Assembly (NCBI GenBank): GCA_965637545.1
Contig: OZ281500.1
Coordinates: 6,944,001 to 7,008,000 of the forward strand
Direction: 5' to 3'
DNA: 64,000 nt
Source of the DNA: Phallusia mammillata
Taxonomy: Eukaryota
In this document: positions 13,876 through 26,752 of the stretch, in pieces
How the letters are laid out: every line of letters begins with the position of its first letter
Position numbering within the stretch: the stretch's first letter is position 1
Translations under genes and position numbers: made by a program
The notes under the pieces: model-generated
The model's database searches: none
What the model saw: the letters and a program-made list of their open reading frames with translations, nothing else
Told to the model about the DNA's origin: nothing

Positions 13876-15675
13876 TCAAAATTCCGTCGAAAATCGCAGC
13901 GCCTTCTTGGCTTGTGTTCTGCTTCGCCGCGATGTGTCATTTCCTTTGCCGAGCAGCAAGGATCGCGGTCGCGGCCTCAGAACATGAGAGGAAGCGGTTC
14001 TGTGGTGAATCTTGGACAAGCTGGCTGTCTTTCGAGGTTGATACCATTCTGCGGTTTGAAGGAATGGTTAAAATGTACTGCGAATGCCCTTACCGTGAAA
14101 AGGATAAACAAAACTCAACCAAACTCCATTTGTTTGTGTACACATTCAACCATCATTCGTTTAACAAGCAAACCTGTCAAAAGCCGGGGATTTTATTGTG
14201 AAATTTTTATTTTCTGATCATGCAGATGAAATATCTGATTCCATAACCACGATATTCGTGAGATTTGTTCGTGTTTCGATTATCAACACATTCGCAACGC
14301 TTTAAGCCCAGTTGGCATTGAAGCAAAACGCAGAAACTAAACCGGAAAGAGATTTATCCTAAAGTTTTAAACGCAGAAAAATACTTGCCAGCGACAGAAA
14401 GTCTATTGGCGTCATAACACAAACTCCCTCAAAACGGCGGTAATTTTGCAACGTTTGTAACATTAGCGTTGATATGGGTCAGCAAGTTATGAAAGCGCAA
14501 CCAGGCAACGTAAACACTAAACAGTCACGGTGTTGAGTCTCAAGCCAGTTTCGAACCGGACCAAAGCTATGACACTTGGGACGCTTTACTTCGAGAAATA
14601 TGTCAATAAACACGACAGTGATCCATGAAAAAACAGAATTTTTGCGCACAAATGTTAAGAGTATACTTTTTCGTCGGCTAAAAACGTATGGTTTGAGCTA
14701 AGTCACCCAAATCGACAGCCAATAAACCTGAAGCACTTTTCAGAGAAAAAAAACGCCACTTCGACGGCATTCACGCAGCCATTTTGTGGAATCTAAACTT
14801 TGGTGAGAGTCAAAACTCGCGCGAACATGGTAAATCAAGTCATGCGGGATAATGGTTTTCATTGTCTAACAATAGCTTTACTGTATGGGGCTATGGGCGA
14901 ATGTTTTTGCTTCGAAATTAAAAACTAGCAACTCTGAAAGTAAACACGAACCTGTCAGTTTTGTTTGTCGTTGTCGATTTCTAAGCATGTACCGGGGGTA
15001 GTTTTTCAACGGCGAATGAGGAGGAGTTAGACACGGCACAAGGGGTAGGCTTGATTTGTTTTCATCTCCGCTTGACGTTGATGCCTCCGCAATTTCCTGA
15101 TCCTCCCCACACGCCGCCATAGCAACCTCAGCTCCACCGAGGTTAAACAAGGAGGGCGTATTCGAGGATTCAGGTTCGGGAATGATCTTGGCATCGAAAC
15201 GAGCAGACTTAAAGGGCACGGGAGAGTCCGGTCGGTTTTCAATGCTTTTTGAAATCGACAGTCTTGGAGAGACATGGTCAATGTTCTCTACGCTTATCTT
15301 CGCCAGCGCCAAGCGTTTGAGTAGATGCGGAACATCTTCTTTCGATTGGTTAATCGGTTTCCAGTTAAACATGCGTGGTGTGGGAATCGATTGAGAGTTT
15401 GATGCGTTACTTTTGTGGGGAGTTGACAGTGCGTCGCATCGACAAGTCCACCGGAACTGGAAAGTCGCGTGCTGACGCTGCGTTTCCTCGTGGAGCATAG
15501 CTTTCACCCGTTGGTTGTCGGATCCGAACAAGTTGACGCATCGCGCCGGGTTCGGGATGACGTCCTCTCTAACTTCTAATCTTTTAAACGCCGAGTTTGC
15601 GGATGGAAGTTCCAGCTTGGTGCCAAATGATTGATCGTCGCTCATCTTCGTGTTATGAACCAAATAATTTAACAT
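13876..15675 (-). CDS. CDKN1: Cip/Kip-family cyclin-dependent kinase inhibitor (p21/p27-like); exons 15675-14952 and 14048-13876; ~298 aa (288 aa if the start is MSDDQ at 15645)
   Basis: CDI-like N-terminus ARCVNLFGSDNQRVKAMLHEETQRQHATFQFRW (cf. p27 ACRNLFGP...QRKW). A phase-1 donor (ACAG/gttcgt) joined to acceptor ttcaaaccgcag/AA gives the PIP box RQTKLT-EWYQPRK (cf. p21 RQTSMTDFYHSKR) and a basic tail ending AKKALRFSTEF*. Exon 2 is not in the ORF track. Confidence 0.85.
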
Positions 15676-18396
15676 ATGCTATCAATGTCTATATACTTGC
15701 GCTCTAACGAACTGTAACATATAACAGAGCGCGGTCAATTAGACAACACATGGGTGCATTCCATCAGCAAATCACGTGACATGATAGGGAGGCCTGACAG
15801 ACTTCCTGTCACGAATTCAAGAACATGATTTAAATGCGAAGGGACTGGAAATCGTGGTAGGAGACCGCGGTAGTACACAACATATTTAGCATAAGCGGCT
15901 GTTGCTTGCAATGAAGTGCCAGCAGCATCAACACGCCAAGAGCACGAGTTCTATTTCGGGATAGTCTGGCAATGCATGTCTCATTGCCCGTGGGTCCGTA
16001 TCCGTACAAAGTAACATCGTCCGCTAAGTGAGGGCTTGTCATAAAGTTATGACATTTGTAAGTGTTCCAAGCGACGCGACAACTTAAAGCAAATACGAAA
16101 TCGTCAGTATGTTTGTAACACGGGGAAGGTTTGGGTTTGTTCTGATATAGGCTAAGTCTTGTTTTGCACTTTTAAAGACAGAAAAAATGCAGTCACTTTT
16201 AGACACTTTATTGACACAAACTCGTACACATATATGCCATCCGTATTGTTTGCGAAATCGACAGCGGAAAAGTTACGTTTAATACACATACGTCGGCGAT
16301 TGTTCGTCTGGCAATTCACGCTATAGTGCATTGACACAGAGTACACCCTGAACTGGCGATACCTTGCAACGCGCGACATAAGAGGTTACTAGGGGTCAAA
16401 ACTAAACTAACTCTTTCAGCGGATCGCAATTTACGCCTGTAACATTCCACGCCATCCGGAAATGGTAACAACAGGAGCCGAAAAACTCGTAAAACGTTCG
16501 CAGCTGCGCGAGCCGACGGTCATTGTGATGTCACAATCCATTGGATGCGCAATGAGCCTGTTGACAACCAATCACGTGCGACCGACACGGTAAAATTCCC
16601 CTTTCGGATTACCACCAGACCATTCAATCACCCCATAATAAGGTGAAATTCAGACATTTTACTTCGAACATGACTACCATCATCAGCGATTGTCGACAGC
16701 AAAATTTTTAGGATCTTCAGTTGGTAGCTCAAAATTTAAATAAAAATTTTTAGTATGTAGCTTAAAACTTGTTTTCCATTACCCCCCAAAAAAGAAGGCG
16801 TGTTAAAATAAGAAACGAAAACCAGTTATGTCACAACATTTTTCACAACGGGAATCGCTGAGGTAATTGCGTAATTTGATAAAAAAATAATTTACTTAAT
16901 GAAATTGAAATTGCTTTTAAGCCGGGAGTGTCACCGGTGTTTACACAACAGCGCACTAAACAAGCGTACCTGTGTCGATATACAAGACACAATCGGCTCA
17001 GTCCAAAGCCCTGACCTCATCAGTACACTTCATACTGTTTGCAAATAACAAAGACCACGTCACACCAATTTCGGGTATGCTGACACGACAACGAACAGGT
17101 CGAGAAATTTCACCTGACGCTGCCAAACAACAGGACGGGTTCAATAACAACTTAACGTGCCACTGGACAACAAACCGCAGACCAATTGGCTCACAAACAA
17201 GCTTATAGCCTATAACGCCAGTTGAACGTCATTTTATAGCGAATCTCGCGGTCATAATGTGAAGATGCCCAAGTCACGTCGCTCGCTTTTGGTCTGGAAA
17301 ACGTTATGGGTCCTTGAACGTGAAATAAATGATGTACTGTATGGTGCAACGGATAGGCCACATCCAGGTAAACAACCGACTTATAACCATACCAACGCGC
17401 AAATTCAAGGACAAATTTTATTCTCCTCACCGACAACAATGGTTTCAGTAACCTGATCTCAACAAATGTATTCTCGCTATCTTAGTCTTTGTTTTCTGGT
17501 GGTTTCTCTTACGTAAAGAACACTAATAACGGACTTAACTTGATGAAAACAAACAGCGAGAGAACGATGGTAAAAAACATTGATTATTGAAAAAAACTTC
17601 AGGAAAATATATTTGCTCTAATTAATCTCTTGTCAGTTTTGCTTTTCATTAAAAAAAGTCTAAAGCCGTTTAAAACTCGACTATAAGTATCCTGATGTTT
17701 TACGCAGAAGACAATGCTGTACTTACTGCATCCAATTATCGAATGACAGATATCGCTTGTCAAAGGACTATTACACAAACAAAACGCACGTAATCTGTAG
17801 TACTACTCACTTTTGCGCGGCGTTTAGCCTACTATCTGTTGCAACACGTTTACGGAATGCCTTCTTCGCGGGTTATCTGCACTCACACCGATTGAGGCTA
17901 CAATACAATACCCTCCTTCGCCTATGGAGACCGGGTCGAAGTGAAGATGGCTTGCCGACTCGCGTAGTAAACTTGGCTGCTCGTAAACAACGTGAACCAA
18001 GCCGGCGGGTTCATGCGTTTGGCAGTAGCGCAATAATCCGCCCAGCTCGTTTGGAGAATCGCGTTCGTATCCCGTGGAGGTTTAACTACGTCGGTATGGG
18101 TGATTTGCATGTCCGGGAAATACCTCACAAAAATCCGTGACTTGAACTCTTTGCTGTTAAACATCCATGTGAAACTTGACAACGAACATTCACCGAAACC
18201 GTCTCAATGTGTAGACGTATTTACAAGAATTGGTTGCTATATGCGGCTTTGTGAAAATGTAAGTTAATCATACATCCTGCAAAACTCTATTCACCTTCTT
18301 ATAGTGAGTGTAATAGTCTAAAATACAACGGATTTGTTACTAATGGTAATAGGCGACTTTCTTTATTCAACAAACATTTCGGCAATAACACGTTAA

Positions 18397-18435
<39 letters not shown>

Positions 18436-18436
18436 T
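18397..18436. repeat. (AT)n microsatellite
   Basis: About 12 perfect AT units followed by interrupted units. Confidence 0.95.
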
Positions 18437-21400
18437 GTCCAAAACGTTTGGTGTATAATACACGTAGATTACAACCCTTGTTTAAAAAAGATAACCAGTC
18501 AGTGTTCCGTAGTGCGAATTATTTCCCTTGTGATATCTGATATCATAGCTGTGACTTTCGTTGTGTGACTTAACATCATCGAAAGTTACATCATCTGTTA
18601 TTTTCATCAAAGGCCTACTATTGTGCTATAGAGTTGTGTGATACCCGAAACTTGCTTTTCGTGTGACTTGGCGCTGGTATATAATAGCGAACGTTCCTAA
18701 AGTTGAAAACGTACATAGGAAGTTCATCATGATGCAACTATTTCATCATAAGTCAAACGCTACATAGTCTGCAATACCTTCATACCGTGAACACGCCAAC
18801 ACTAAAGTTGATATTCTATGTTATACACTGGTGTTTGAAAAATGGTTACAACAGGAACAAAATGTGACATGTCGCATTTAACCCACCATGCCGTGCTGAC
18901 TGTTGATTATAATGACGCCATATCCGCCAAAATGCTCAGTTACAATCCTACACTGGTCTTTTATTGATCGCCACGCATTTAAGCTATAGTACTATCAGTA
19001 CGCTACTCTTTTATGTTTGCAATATCTGCCTATCTTGTTTACTCAACTGAATATTTTCCCCGAAAAAAGTTGCGTTTCAAAACTGCATTACATTTTTCAT
19101 TACGTCAAAAAGCTATAAAACTTTGTTCTCATATAGCTGCATGTTGAATCTAATTGTGCTCTGCAAACTCGAAAGAAACTCTAGCTATCGGCTGCAATGA
19201 CAACAGTAACTGAATTTAAAGTGCCGAACGGCGGTCGGGGCCTGCCTCTTTTGATGCGTTTCCTGCCATCTTTGTATATGGTTCACGACAGTATCAGAGC
19301 GTCCTGCCGCTGCGTGCACGAATATGTAAAGGAACAATCGATTTCGGGGCTACCTCTATGTGAGCAGTCGTAATTAATGTCCTTAACGCTTTTTGCGAGC
19401 GGTTACACGCTCAAGCAGCTGTTACACATCGCGTGACATTTTGTCTTGTAACGTGGTAGTTTGGTGGGTTAAAGATTAATTTCCTTTGCAATGATTTAAG
19501 CTGCAAATTTCAAATAACTTTTATGGTGTTTTACCGTTCCACAGTTTTTAACTAATCTGACCTTTACAAATCATTTCAAAATTCAGTCATCTGACCTTTT
19601 ATTAACCTTCAACCTGTACTACACCCCAACATTTATTTAAAAATCCGTTTGTAGGCGATATTTTTTGTGAATAATAAATACAAAATTTTTTCATGGATTT
19701 TTGTGCGCTTTAAACACGATCTTGCTATTATTAGGTTTATAAGCGACTGTAAATGTGCCTCAGGAAAACCACAGTTTTCTGGGAATCGTTAACATAAACA
19801 ATGAGTTCTTGTGGCGTTCGTCGTGCTAGCAGCGAGCCACGATTCATAGCAATTCAAACTCCTTTTGTGCCATGCTGTCTTAAATTCGACGTTTTAGCTT
19901 TAATTAATCGATTCTTTTAAGATGCTGTTCAGACAATGTAGTTACGCAGAAAGGCTTACTGGGATGCAATTTGTTTTCAAGCGTTCTGTGGGATTAAGAC
20001 ATTTGCTCGTAAATACATAAAAATCAAACCGTGTCGCCTCAATGGTCAACTTAAACAATCAAAACCGTAATAGAACGCCCTTGTTTGCTAGTGATTAGTG
20101 TTTGTTCTAATTTATACTGTCTTGCGCATTCTGATTTCAAATATTGTGCGACAACGAGACTCAGTTGTTTTAACGACTGTTCTGTAATATTTTGCATGAC
20201 TGTGCGGCACGAAAGCTTGTTTCCACTTCAAAATTACGCAGATATGGAAGTCAAAACACGTTTGGAACCTTGGAAATAATCTCACGGTTACACTTTTTAA
20301 AATCCCTTTGTGTCTGCAGTTTAACACTAAACGTCTGCTTATCATCCCTCTTTAATTACATTTAGGGCTTTCAAAAAGACTGAAGTTTTTATGACAAGCT
20401 AATGAGCGCTCTTCCGTTTTACAATGATTGGTCATCTGGACATGTCATGTGAGATTGCGCATCTGATGCAATGTTGTAACGACTGAGTTGTATGTTTATG
20501 CAAACCGAATGATGCATACACACAGGATGTTGATGTGATTGATTTGAATACTACCCACGTGATGCATAACACCTGTGACTTGTATAGTCATATTTGTTGC
20601 AAAGGTCATATCAGGTTGTCAAGCAATATTAATAAAAATAACATGTACATTATGATTGCAAGTCATACAGAAAATAATAAATAACGTTATTTAAAACCTT
20701 TGCAGTAACTTCTATCCAACAGATCCATGCAATACAGGTCATGCTGCTGTCAAGATTTTATCCTAGTTATTATATCTTGTGTCTCGCCCTTAGGCTGAAA
20801 CGTTTATAATACATTAGGAAATAACCCAAAGGCCAACACACAACCCTAAACTTCTTCAGAACTTCCTAAGTGTCCCAACATCCTAACGTATTGCCCGCAG
20901 CGAAAACCGATGACCAAATAACATGAACGACCGTATCTCATTCATTTTGATTGACATTTAAGCGACGATGATATGCAGCAATGAGGCGCGGCTCGTTTAA
21001 ACCGCGCAAACGGGGATTGCGGATAAATTTGTGACAAATCAGCTTTCGGGTTTGTCCGCTTGTTTTCACAAGAAAGCAGCTCAAAATTACTTCGTGGAAG
21101 TGTGGGCCTCTTTGTTTGCTGCAAAGCGGCGGGCGGTTGCTTTGGGATATACGGTTACCATTCGCACCCAATGAAATCTATCTCTGTTCGGGCATGTGCC
21201 CAAAACCGCAGCCAACCTGTGAAGGTCACCTGACAATGGCTCAAGGTCAGATTTGAGCTGACCTCAGCACGTGCGCACTTCAGCAATACCTAACAAATTC
21301 TGCTGACATAAGTGCACCAAGGCCTCCATCGGAACCACAATAATGGCTGTCGGCCACCTGCAGAAACAAGCAAGAGAAACAACTTACTTCCCAATCGACT

Positions 21401-22274
21401 ATCGATCTTATTCAAGGCTGCATCAGCTTGCTAAATCATTAGATTACAAGTCCAAAAACTGCTCCAGGGCAATGCTCACTTTTGTAACTATTGACCGCAA
21501 ATCGCCCGAATTCATTCTTTTATTGCCATGAGATTTTTTTGTCACGAGAAATTGCACCAGACTTCAACAATAGAAACGCAACTTAACTATATGTGTCAAC
21601 GGAAAATGTTGCAATTTCGAAAGATTGTCTCGTTCGCGTCCTAATGTATTGTATCGTAAAGGTTTATTACGTTAAAAATGCACTGGAAAGGGTTCGGGTT
21701 TTGCCAAGTGCGGGGTGTCCTTGCGCGACTTATTTTAGACGGCGACATGACTCATTCGATTTTCGTTCGACTATTTGTGTTTCGACCTTACTGTGTTTTT
21801 CCGCATCACTTGCAAAGGTCACCTTGCAGCATTTGCCGTTGCGGCAATAGTTTCGGAAAAGCTAACGACGAACGTTTAAACATACAAACTGTCTACTTAT
21901 GATATGCATTTAAATTAATATTTGTAAATATACAAAATCTTTATGAAATTGTGGCATTTTTACAAAAGAGGTTAAAAATCAAGTACCAATCTAGCACAAT
22001 CATGTTTTACTTTAACAACAAAGTCACACGCTTTTTGTTTGTTTTGTCTTGTAAACGATGCCACAAGCGAAATTCACGAAACCAGTTATTACATTGTCTT
22101 AAAATTTTCGTACAAAGCGCCTACAATGTCTCTTGGGCCTTTCGCTACGCTTCACTAGCAAAGTCCACAATATAGATTACGATGAGTTTGCAAAACGGTC
22201 GATTCCCGCAAGTTTATCTGGAAAACTGTTATCTTTTCGAAACCCGACGCCTTCCCGAGCAACATTGCGCCATG

Positions 22275-22325
22275 TTCCCGCCAAAATCGTCACGTGATAC
22301 CCTTTGGCGGGAAAACTTGCGCAAT
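22275..22325. promoter_or_regulatory. Dense TF-motif module: E2F / E-box / E2F / C-EBP (second copy at 27839-27889)
   Basis: TTCCCGCCAAA (22275), GTCACGTGAT (22289), TTTGGCGGGAA (22303, exact inverse of the first) and TTGCGCAAT (22317) within 51 bp. Confidence 0.55.
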
Positions 22326-23583
22326 CCTGAACTCGCGACTAAGTAGGTCAGCGGGTTACTACGAACTGCATTTGCACAAAACTCCCTGCACTTGGAGTCG
22401 GTTTTGGTTGTTAGGTTAACAATACTTTGCGTTTATCGTTTCAACATCAACGCAGCTCTTTCACAGTAGTTCCTGTGGAGAAGTATGGGTAATTTCCGTA
22501 AAACCCCAATTCTGGTTTCAGTGGAATATTATGGGTGATTTCCCCACCGGTGAGGGAGTTGCACCATCAACTGTGTTTGTTCTAATGGATGGCGCCGAGT
22601 TACGGATGATCGCAACGGAATGTTACGCAACTGTGTCAACTTTACTACACTGTACCTGGAAATCGAACAAAGGAACGTTCTCGATCATTGTTGGTATACG
22701 CGAGAATCAGGGCTAGTTTTGTTTTTTAAATAACTCGCGTGAGAGTAAGATACTTGATCGTTTTGTACCTTGTACCTTAATGGTTAACCTGTTAAACTGG
22801 TTCACGCGGTCAAATCAATTTCGCACAACGCGTAATGTGTTTTCGATCATTATTCATCCTCCGCTGTTTATTACTTAACTTCTTAGAGTAAATGCCCGTA
22901 AGCGATAAAATGAGTTTGTTAAGACTGCGGGTGGCGGTAATCGATGTCCGTCACTTAACCCGAGACCGAGCTGTTTGGCGTTTCACGACGTCCCATTCGG
23001 TAGTTCATTGAGTGCGTGGCTGTTATCATGTGTAGCGACAGTTATTATCGCTTGCCGGTTTAAGTGCTGTTCACACATGGTAGTAGGGCCACGCCCTTAA
23101 AGGCAAACTGCCTGCAGATAACTAAGCTCAATTACAAGCTCGTTGCATCAAGAGCTTGTTTGCTTTTTACTCATGCTTTAAAAGCACTATACGCTCTTAA
23201 CTCGGAGTCACACACATCGGCGGTATTGTCGCCACTAGAGACTATTGGGACATTTGTCATTACAGGACAGTAGTCACAAACAAAGAGCATCGTTTTAGTC
23301 ATGTTGTGAAAACGCAGCATTGTCAACAGAAACCTCATTTCATAGCAACGGTTTAAAAATGAGCTCAACAACAAATGTCCTGTGGTAATGCCAATATTAA
23401 ACTTTTTATGGTTTTCAGATCATGTATGCAATACGAAAAATCAAACATGTATTTAGCAAGTGGTAAGTTGGCCGCCTTTGGGCAACAGAACAACACTACA
23501 CCACCAGATTACACTATGCTGCCTCCTAGCGTCAAATCAACAATGTACTTCAACATATTGACACGCGACTTTACATTTTGCTG

Positions 23584-25824
23584 TTACGTTTGAACCGGGG
23601 TCAAAACCATGTCGTTGGGAGAAGACGAATGGGTTGGAAGTGATGAAATTGGAACGACTGTAGCCCATCGCTGAGGCTTATTCTTTTGAGTGCACCACTT
23701 TCTTATCAGCAGAAAGAGGCCAAAGGACATGACAATGTCAGCGACAACACAGAGCACCACGATTGTAACATACGACGTTTTCGGCTTCTCCTGCTTGTCA
23801 ACGCGGTGCAACATAGTCTTATTGGCACTTTGAGATTCATTTTGAAAAATATCACGTGTTTTTGTCCAAGGAGGTGTTATGGTGGAGGTCTTTATCTGAG
23901 CAGCGAATGTGGGGGGTGCTGTGTAATTGGTAGTGGTAGTTTCTACATCGTTCTGAACGGTAGCGGTAATGGCTTGAACAATTTTCGATGTATGTGGTAA
24001 CTTTGCTTGTGACTTTGAGGGGGTCGTGTGATAAGTAAACATTTTTGACACGTTAACACCGCTGGTGGTGGTAGTTACATCGCGGTCAGACCCCCACGCG
24101 TGTTCGCCTTCTTCAGCAGTTGACACTTGACTGACAGTCGATGTCATTTGTGGCAAAGTGAGTAAGTTTCCTGTTGCATTGGTTTGCGTTTTCTCCCTAA
24201 ATGGCGAAACCATAGTTGTAGCTCCTTGCTCTGTAAAATTCCATAGAGAAGGAATAGGTGCGTCGGTTGTTAATTCCTTGCCAGTTTTGCCTACTTCTGG
24301 CATTGTGGTGAGCTCGAAGTGGGGTGTGGTAGATAATTGCACCGGCTTGGACGTAACGGAGGCCACACATTGGTCGATAAGCATGCGCACAGTAGTGACG
24401 TCAATCATTCCAGTGACGTACAAATCCAGTAGAGCGCTGCCGCGATGTTGAGCCGGATCATAACATATAACATCATGGTAACCATCGACATCCGTAAGCC
24501 AAGATCCCTCACCGGCGAGCCAAGCAATGAACGGGAGCATTTGGCAGCCGCACAGCCACGGGTTACCGCTCCAATCTATCCAAATTTGCTCCGCAGCTCC
24601 ACCTGGCGGTTTGGCGGTAAAATGGCGAGTCGGTTGCGCTTGTTTCAGATATTCTTCAACGATAATGATGGCACTTTCTAAATCGTCTACACCATTCTCC
24701 TGCAATGCAAAAAAAATCCTTGGTGCCATTGAAGTAATTTAAAGATTACATAAGTAATGTAATGCAAGATTGGCTTGTCATGAAAAGTTTAAATATGCTC
24801 ACCGTGTTTTTGCTCAACCATTGATAGTCCACTGTTCGAAGCTCGTTGTTCCGTAAACTCAAATGGCTTAGGCTAGGACAACCTGGTGTAACAAACATAT
24901 AACATTTTGACTTCCAAAACCAACCTGACAAGCGATGCTCGGCTTTTTTAACACTTACTTTTTACAAAGTCTGACGGCAAGGTACGAAGATAATTGTTGC
25001 CCAAATCAAGATAAACCAACGATGTTGAGCTCTGCAATGTTTCTGGAGCCCACGATCGAATGTAATTGTCGGACAAGTCAAGGCTGGTCAAGTGAATCAA
25101 ATTTCGAAACGCGTATCTCGAAACGGTTTCAATCCCACAGTTCGAAGCTTGAATATTTGTTAAACGCCGAAGACACGAGAAGTAGCCTGTTTCCTGGTCG
25201 TTAGAAATCCAAGTGCCTGTTACAATTATGTAAATTGAATTTCTGAATTTTTGCATTTCAAGACATGCAAATATATATTATATCAATATACCCATGAAAA
25301 GCTGTCGAAGATCGTTATTGGAAACACGTAGCACAATCAAGTTTTCGAGGTCACAGATTGTGTCACGTGGCAAGCATTGTGACGTCAGGCGGTTGTAGCT
25401 GACGTCAAGTTCCGTAAGTTTCTTTAGTGAAGCAAACGTTTTGTCCTAAGTTGGTACATAATACATTAGCATTGCAACTTGCAGATTACATTTTAATTGG
25501 ATTAAACCTGAATGCACGTGATCTCGTTGTGAGCCAATGAGAGGTAATCAAGCTTTTTTGTATCAACAAAGTGTCGTGCTGTTAAATTTCCCCCAAACAA
25601 GTTCCAGGATATGTCGAATTCGTTGAGTGACGACATTCCGGTGAGCAGCTTGGGAGGGAAATTGGAAATTAGGTTGTTCCGCAAAGTCAATTGCTGAAGA
25701 GAGAATCGCGACTCCCTAAACAGTGCAGCTTTGTAAAATAATCTTGCAATTGGGAATATTCTATTTACCGGTCCGCAAAAGTGGTTTGTGCCAAATTTAC
25801 TTCGTCGGAATTAATGATAACCAA
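23584..25824 (-). CDS. LRR transmembrane receptor, copy 1 (5'-truncated; exons 3-8 only)
   Basis: Same exons as copy 2. Exons 1-2 are absent: the sequence switches to unrelated DNA at 25889 inside intron 2 and then enters the N gap. Confidence 0.75.
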
Positions 25825-25888
25825 CTTATATTAGGACCGATGATTTAAATAACTTTTCACAGATTTCAGAATCTAGCATGCATTTTTT

Positions 25889-26552
25889 TAGCTGAAACAG
25901 TTTTGTTATTAAGCGAATCTCCCGCAGACAATAAAATGTATAAAAGAAAGATTCTTGCTTCTGATCAGTATAGTATTGGACTGTTTCATAAAAACAGATA
26001 AAAGCATAAATCGTTTCTTTTAATAACAGAAATATATATTTCGCCTTAATAAATAGGCATCGTCAGTTTCTGCAAAAAAGCAAACATGTAAGGGGCTGTC
26101 GGTAAAAGTAGTAAAAAATAAATAAAATAGTTAAAACACTTATAAAATTTTTAAAAATTTAAAACTGTACAAATTAAACAACTGCGAAGCACAGAGGCAA
26201 ACCACGACTAGCGAGTGGCCACAAGCGACACGAGAAAAGGCAAGAAAAAAGAGACGTGATAAACTGATAAGCCATTACAGAACACGGTGGGAAGTAAATA
26301 AACCTCTAGGCGTGAAGAAACAAAACATTAAGGGGTAGAAACACAAAGATGGGATTACCTCACGCGCGGCAGAATCATTTTTTGTATGTTAATTTCGGCC
26401 TTGATTTTGTTCAGCCATTTATCTTCAAAAATATCTAAAAGATTGGGTGAAGGCATTTGCACAAACACAACAAAAAAACACAGGTGGATGTGCGGTTTAC
26501 GCTTTAATATCGCACTATGGTTCTCCGCGTAGTGGCGCAGTAGCGCAGCTCG
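25889..26552. mobile_element. Insertion present only in copy 1, probably a transposon end truncated by the gap
   Basis: Begins within a T-run of LRR intron 2 (tttttt-tagctgaaacag). It is absent from copy 2 and has a partial inverted match ctgtttca at 25981. Family not established. Confidence 0.45.
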
Positions 26553-26752
26553 NNNNNNNNNNNNNNNNNNNNNNNNNNNNNNNNNNNNNNNNNNNNNNNN
26601 NNNNNNNNNNNNNNNNNNNNNNNNNNNNNNNNNNNNNNNNNNNNNNNNNNNNNNNNNNNNNNNNNNNNNNNNNNNNNNNNNNNNNNNNNNNNNNNNNNNN
26701 NNNNNNNNNNNNNNNNNNNNNNNNNNNNNNNNNNNNNNNNNNNNNNNNNNNN
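26553..26752. other. Assembly gap (200 N)
   Basis: Run of exactly 200 N, typical of a fixed-size scaffolding gap. Confidence 0.99.

Larger units (their letters stand above)
21189..25888 (+). repeat. Copy 1 of a ~4.7 kb near-identical duplication
   Basis: Colinear with 26753-31456; only ~15-20 SNPs/small indels spotted by eye; the ORF tracks of the two copies are nearly identical. Confidence 0.97.

Noticed and set aside
14878-14951. ORF-track tail of the CKI (GSCLLSELLVFNF...)
   Set aside because: Read-through into the intron after the 14952 donor.
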